Origin: Podarcis pityusensis
Taxonomy: Eukaryota
Strand: one strand, 5' to 3'
Assembly (NCBI GenBank): GCA_964106645.2
Contig: OZ067041.1
Length of the DNA: 64,000 bases
Below are positions 61,966-64,000 of this stretch, piece by piece. Positions within the stretch are counted from its first letter, which is position 1, and each line of letters begins with the position of its first letter. Made by a program: the position numbers and the translations under genes. The notes beneath the pieces are model-generated. The model was given only the letters and a program-made list of their open reading frames with translations, searched no databases and had not been told where the DNA came from.

Positions 61966-64000
61966 GTAAGATTACTTTCACTTATGGCCCAAAGAGATCT
62001 CCTAGCTGTGTATTTGGATAGGTTCATGTGATAATTTACATGCTCTCTCGGCTCTTGTCCTCCACGGCTGTTAAAGATCTTGCAAGAAGGGACTGACTGA
62101 GTGGGTCCAGGGGATGGTTAATGCCTTCTTGTAGGAGGAGTTGATGCCCACCACACTGAAGGAGGTGGTTGCAAAATGTATTGTAGAAGCCGTGCATTGG
62201 AGACTATAGCTAAGGTCAGTTTGGTGAAATCTGAAGCTTGTCAGAGCTTATGCTTGGGGTGCTTTTATACAAAGTTGTGCTTTCTTCTCCAGAGTACATT
62301 GGTTTAAGGTATGAGTATTACTTTGTAAGAACAAAAAACTTTGCATACTGTATATACATTTTGAACAACACCATTGTTTCTCTCTGTGTTGCTCCCCTTT
62401 TAAAAGCTCTTCTTGCAGAGTATATGACCTAGTCCTGATTTTCAGCACAGATTGATTTGCCCCACTTTTAGAAACGAGGGAGAAATTTTTCACCATACAG
62501 ATAGATGGAGGTTTAGGAGCTGAAGTCAATGTACAGCGAATGCTTTCCTAAAGATATCAGACCCAGGAAAAATGCTCAAAATTAAGGAGGTAGTTTCTGT
62601 ATGAAAAGAGTGGAGGAGAACAAGTGTTAATGAGAATAATATTAAATGTGACTTGGTGTTTATCGGAAATCAAAACTCACAGTGGAGCGTACAGTGTTCA
62701 GAATTGGGAAACCACAGGTCATAAACCCAATAATTCTGCTAAATGAGATCATGGTGTTCTGCAGAACTCCAGTGATGGCATGCTTTTAAAGATCTGTGTT
62801 GGTGTGTCTGTGCCTTCAACAGGAGCCAGATTTTTATCAGACAGCATAAAAATAGCTGACAGATACTTGGACAGTTTGCTGTTTTACAGGTATTTTCCAA
62901 TTGTGGCTTTATTTCGGCAGGTTTAAGTCATTAATGCATTATGGAAATTCAGTATCTGTTTATATAAGCTGCCCAGCAGCCCACATCTGCAGCTGAAACA
63001 GAAAGGTGTTTGTTTTAATATGCAAACCATTGCACTCTCTTTGACAGTAAGAGAAAATAGTACAGCTATTCAGGAAGAAATGGAAAAAACAAAACAAAAA
63101 TACCTACTTCCTATGTGCAATTTTGAAAACATTCTCTAAGAATGTATGTCGTTCTTGAAATGTGCTGTTAAAATATTAATAATAAGTGATCATGCTGTGT
63201 GTGAAAAAGCAAACAAAATGTGTTTGTTGAGAGGATGTTCAGATGTGCTTAACTTTTGAAAATGAGGAGTGCAAATTTCAGTAAGGGCCAATTTCCATTT
63301 AATTTCTCTCCGTACAAGCTCACATTGTGGGGAGGGCTGCATTTTGCATGGTAAAATACTGTATAGGGATAGCCATAACAATATATTTTCTCAACACCAT
63401 GTTTGCTTCTGCTTTCTGATGTGTGTACTGAGACAATGGGTTGGTTAATCCCAGTTACAAAAAAGACCACTCTAGTAAATAAGCATTGGAATGGCATGCA
63501 CAAAACAACAATCGAAACCCAACAAAACCATCTCTGTTACTGAGCTAAATTTTGGGAAGCAAATCTATGTACTTTTAAATATGATTACCCCAGAAGGAAT
63601 GTCAGGAAAGTTTGGTCAAAAAATTCTCCTCATGCCTGAAGTAGGCTTGAATGTCTGTCTTAAGGGAAGAAATATCTGTCTGGCATTTGAGAAGCAGAAT
63701 CATGACCATGCTGTAGTTGAGCTAAGACCCCAGTGTGGATAAAGTACAAGATCTGTTATTGGATGTGGCTAGCAGCAGTGGATGATCTTCATGAGTCTCC
63801 CTGTGCCCCAGTAAGAGTTGGGATCGTGTCATCCTCTAAAACAATGGAAAACTGCTTTTGCTCCATGACTATCATTTACCAATACATAATTGAATTGTAA
63901 TGAGGAAAAGTAGAATGCAGAAAAGTAGAGATAATTAATGGGGGTTTCAAAGGAGCCTGTAGTCAGTGCTAGAGGTCACTCACTTCTTTGCTTAATATTA

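Noticed and set aside
61966-64000. Further CFAP47 exon after 61965
   Set aside because: The candidate AG tested (near 62889) gives a short frame with no CFAP47-like peptide; the next exon is probably beyond the window.

Overview
Vertebrate genomic DNA, almost certainly from a lacertid lizard (Podarcis-like), judged from the Sauria SINEs and lizard-type L2, MITE and LTR content. The whole window lies inside one large + strand gene, CFAP47 (cilia- and flagella-associated protein 47; the part formerly split as CXorf59/CHDC2 and CXorf30). By reading AG/GT boundaries and checking phase I reconstructed 28 consecutive coding exons from 24 to 61965. They total 4025 nt (about 1340 aa), are open throughout, and include the calponin-homology (CH) domain and beta-rich Ig/ASH-like repeats. 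Neither start nor stop codon is in the window, and a 200-N gap (61421-61620) may hide an exon. The introns hold Sauria SINEs with target-site duplications (TSDs), L2/CR1/L1 fragments, Tc1/mariner and hAT MITEs with terminal inverted repeats (TIRs) and TSDs, a probable solo LTR and microsatellites. Most long ORFs in the supplied track are artefacts of GC-rich repeats. I found no convincing new biological system. The best oddities are a 62-bp tandem duplication creating a second, frame-shifting splice acceptor (52001-52124), a coupled alternative-donor/cassette-exon pair (32296/32309 plus 36661-36743), a perfect 27-bp hairpin in a MITE, an unassigned repeat terminus in head-to-head copies, and small template-switch scars. 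Gene identity and repeat family names come from recognition, not database searches.
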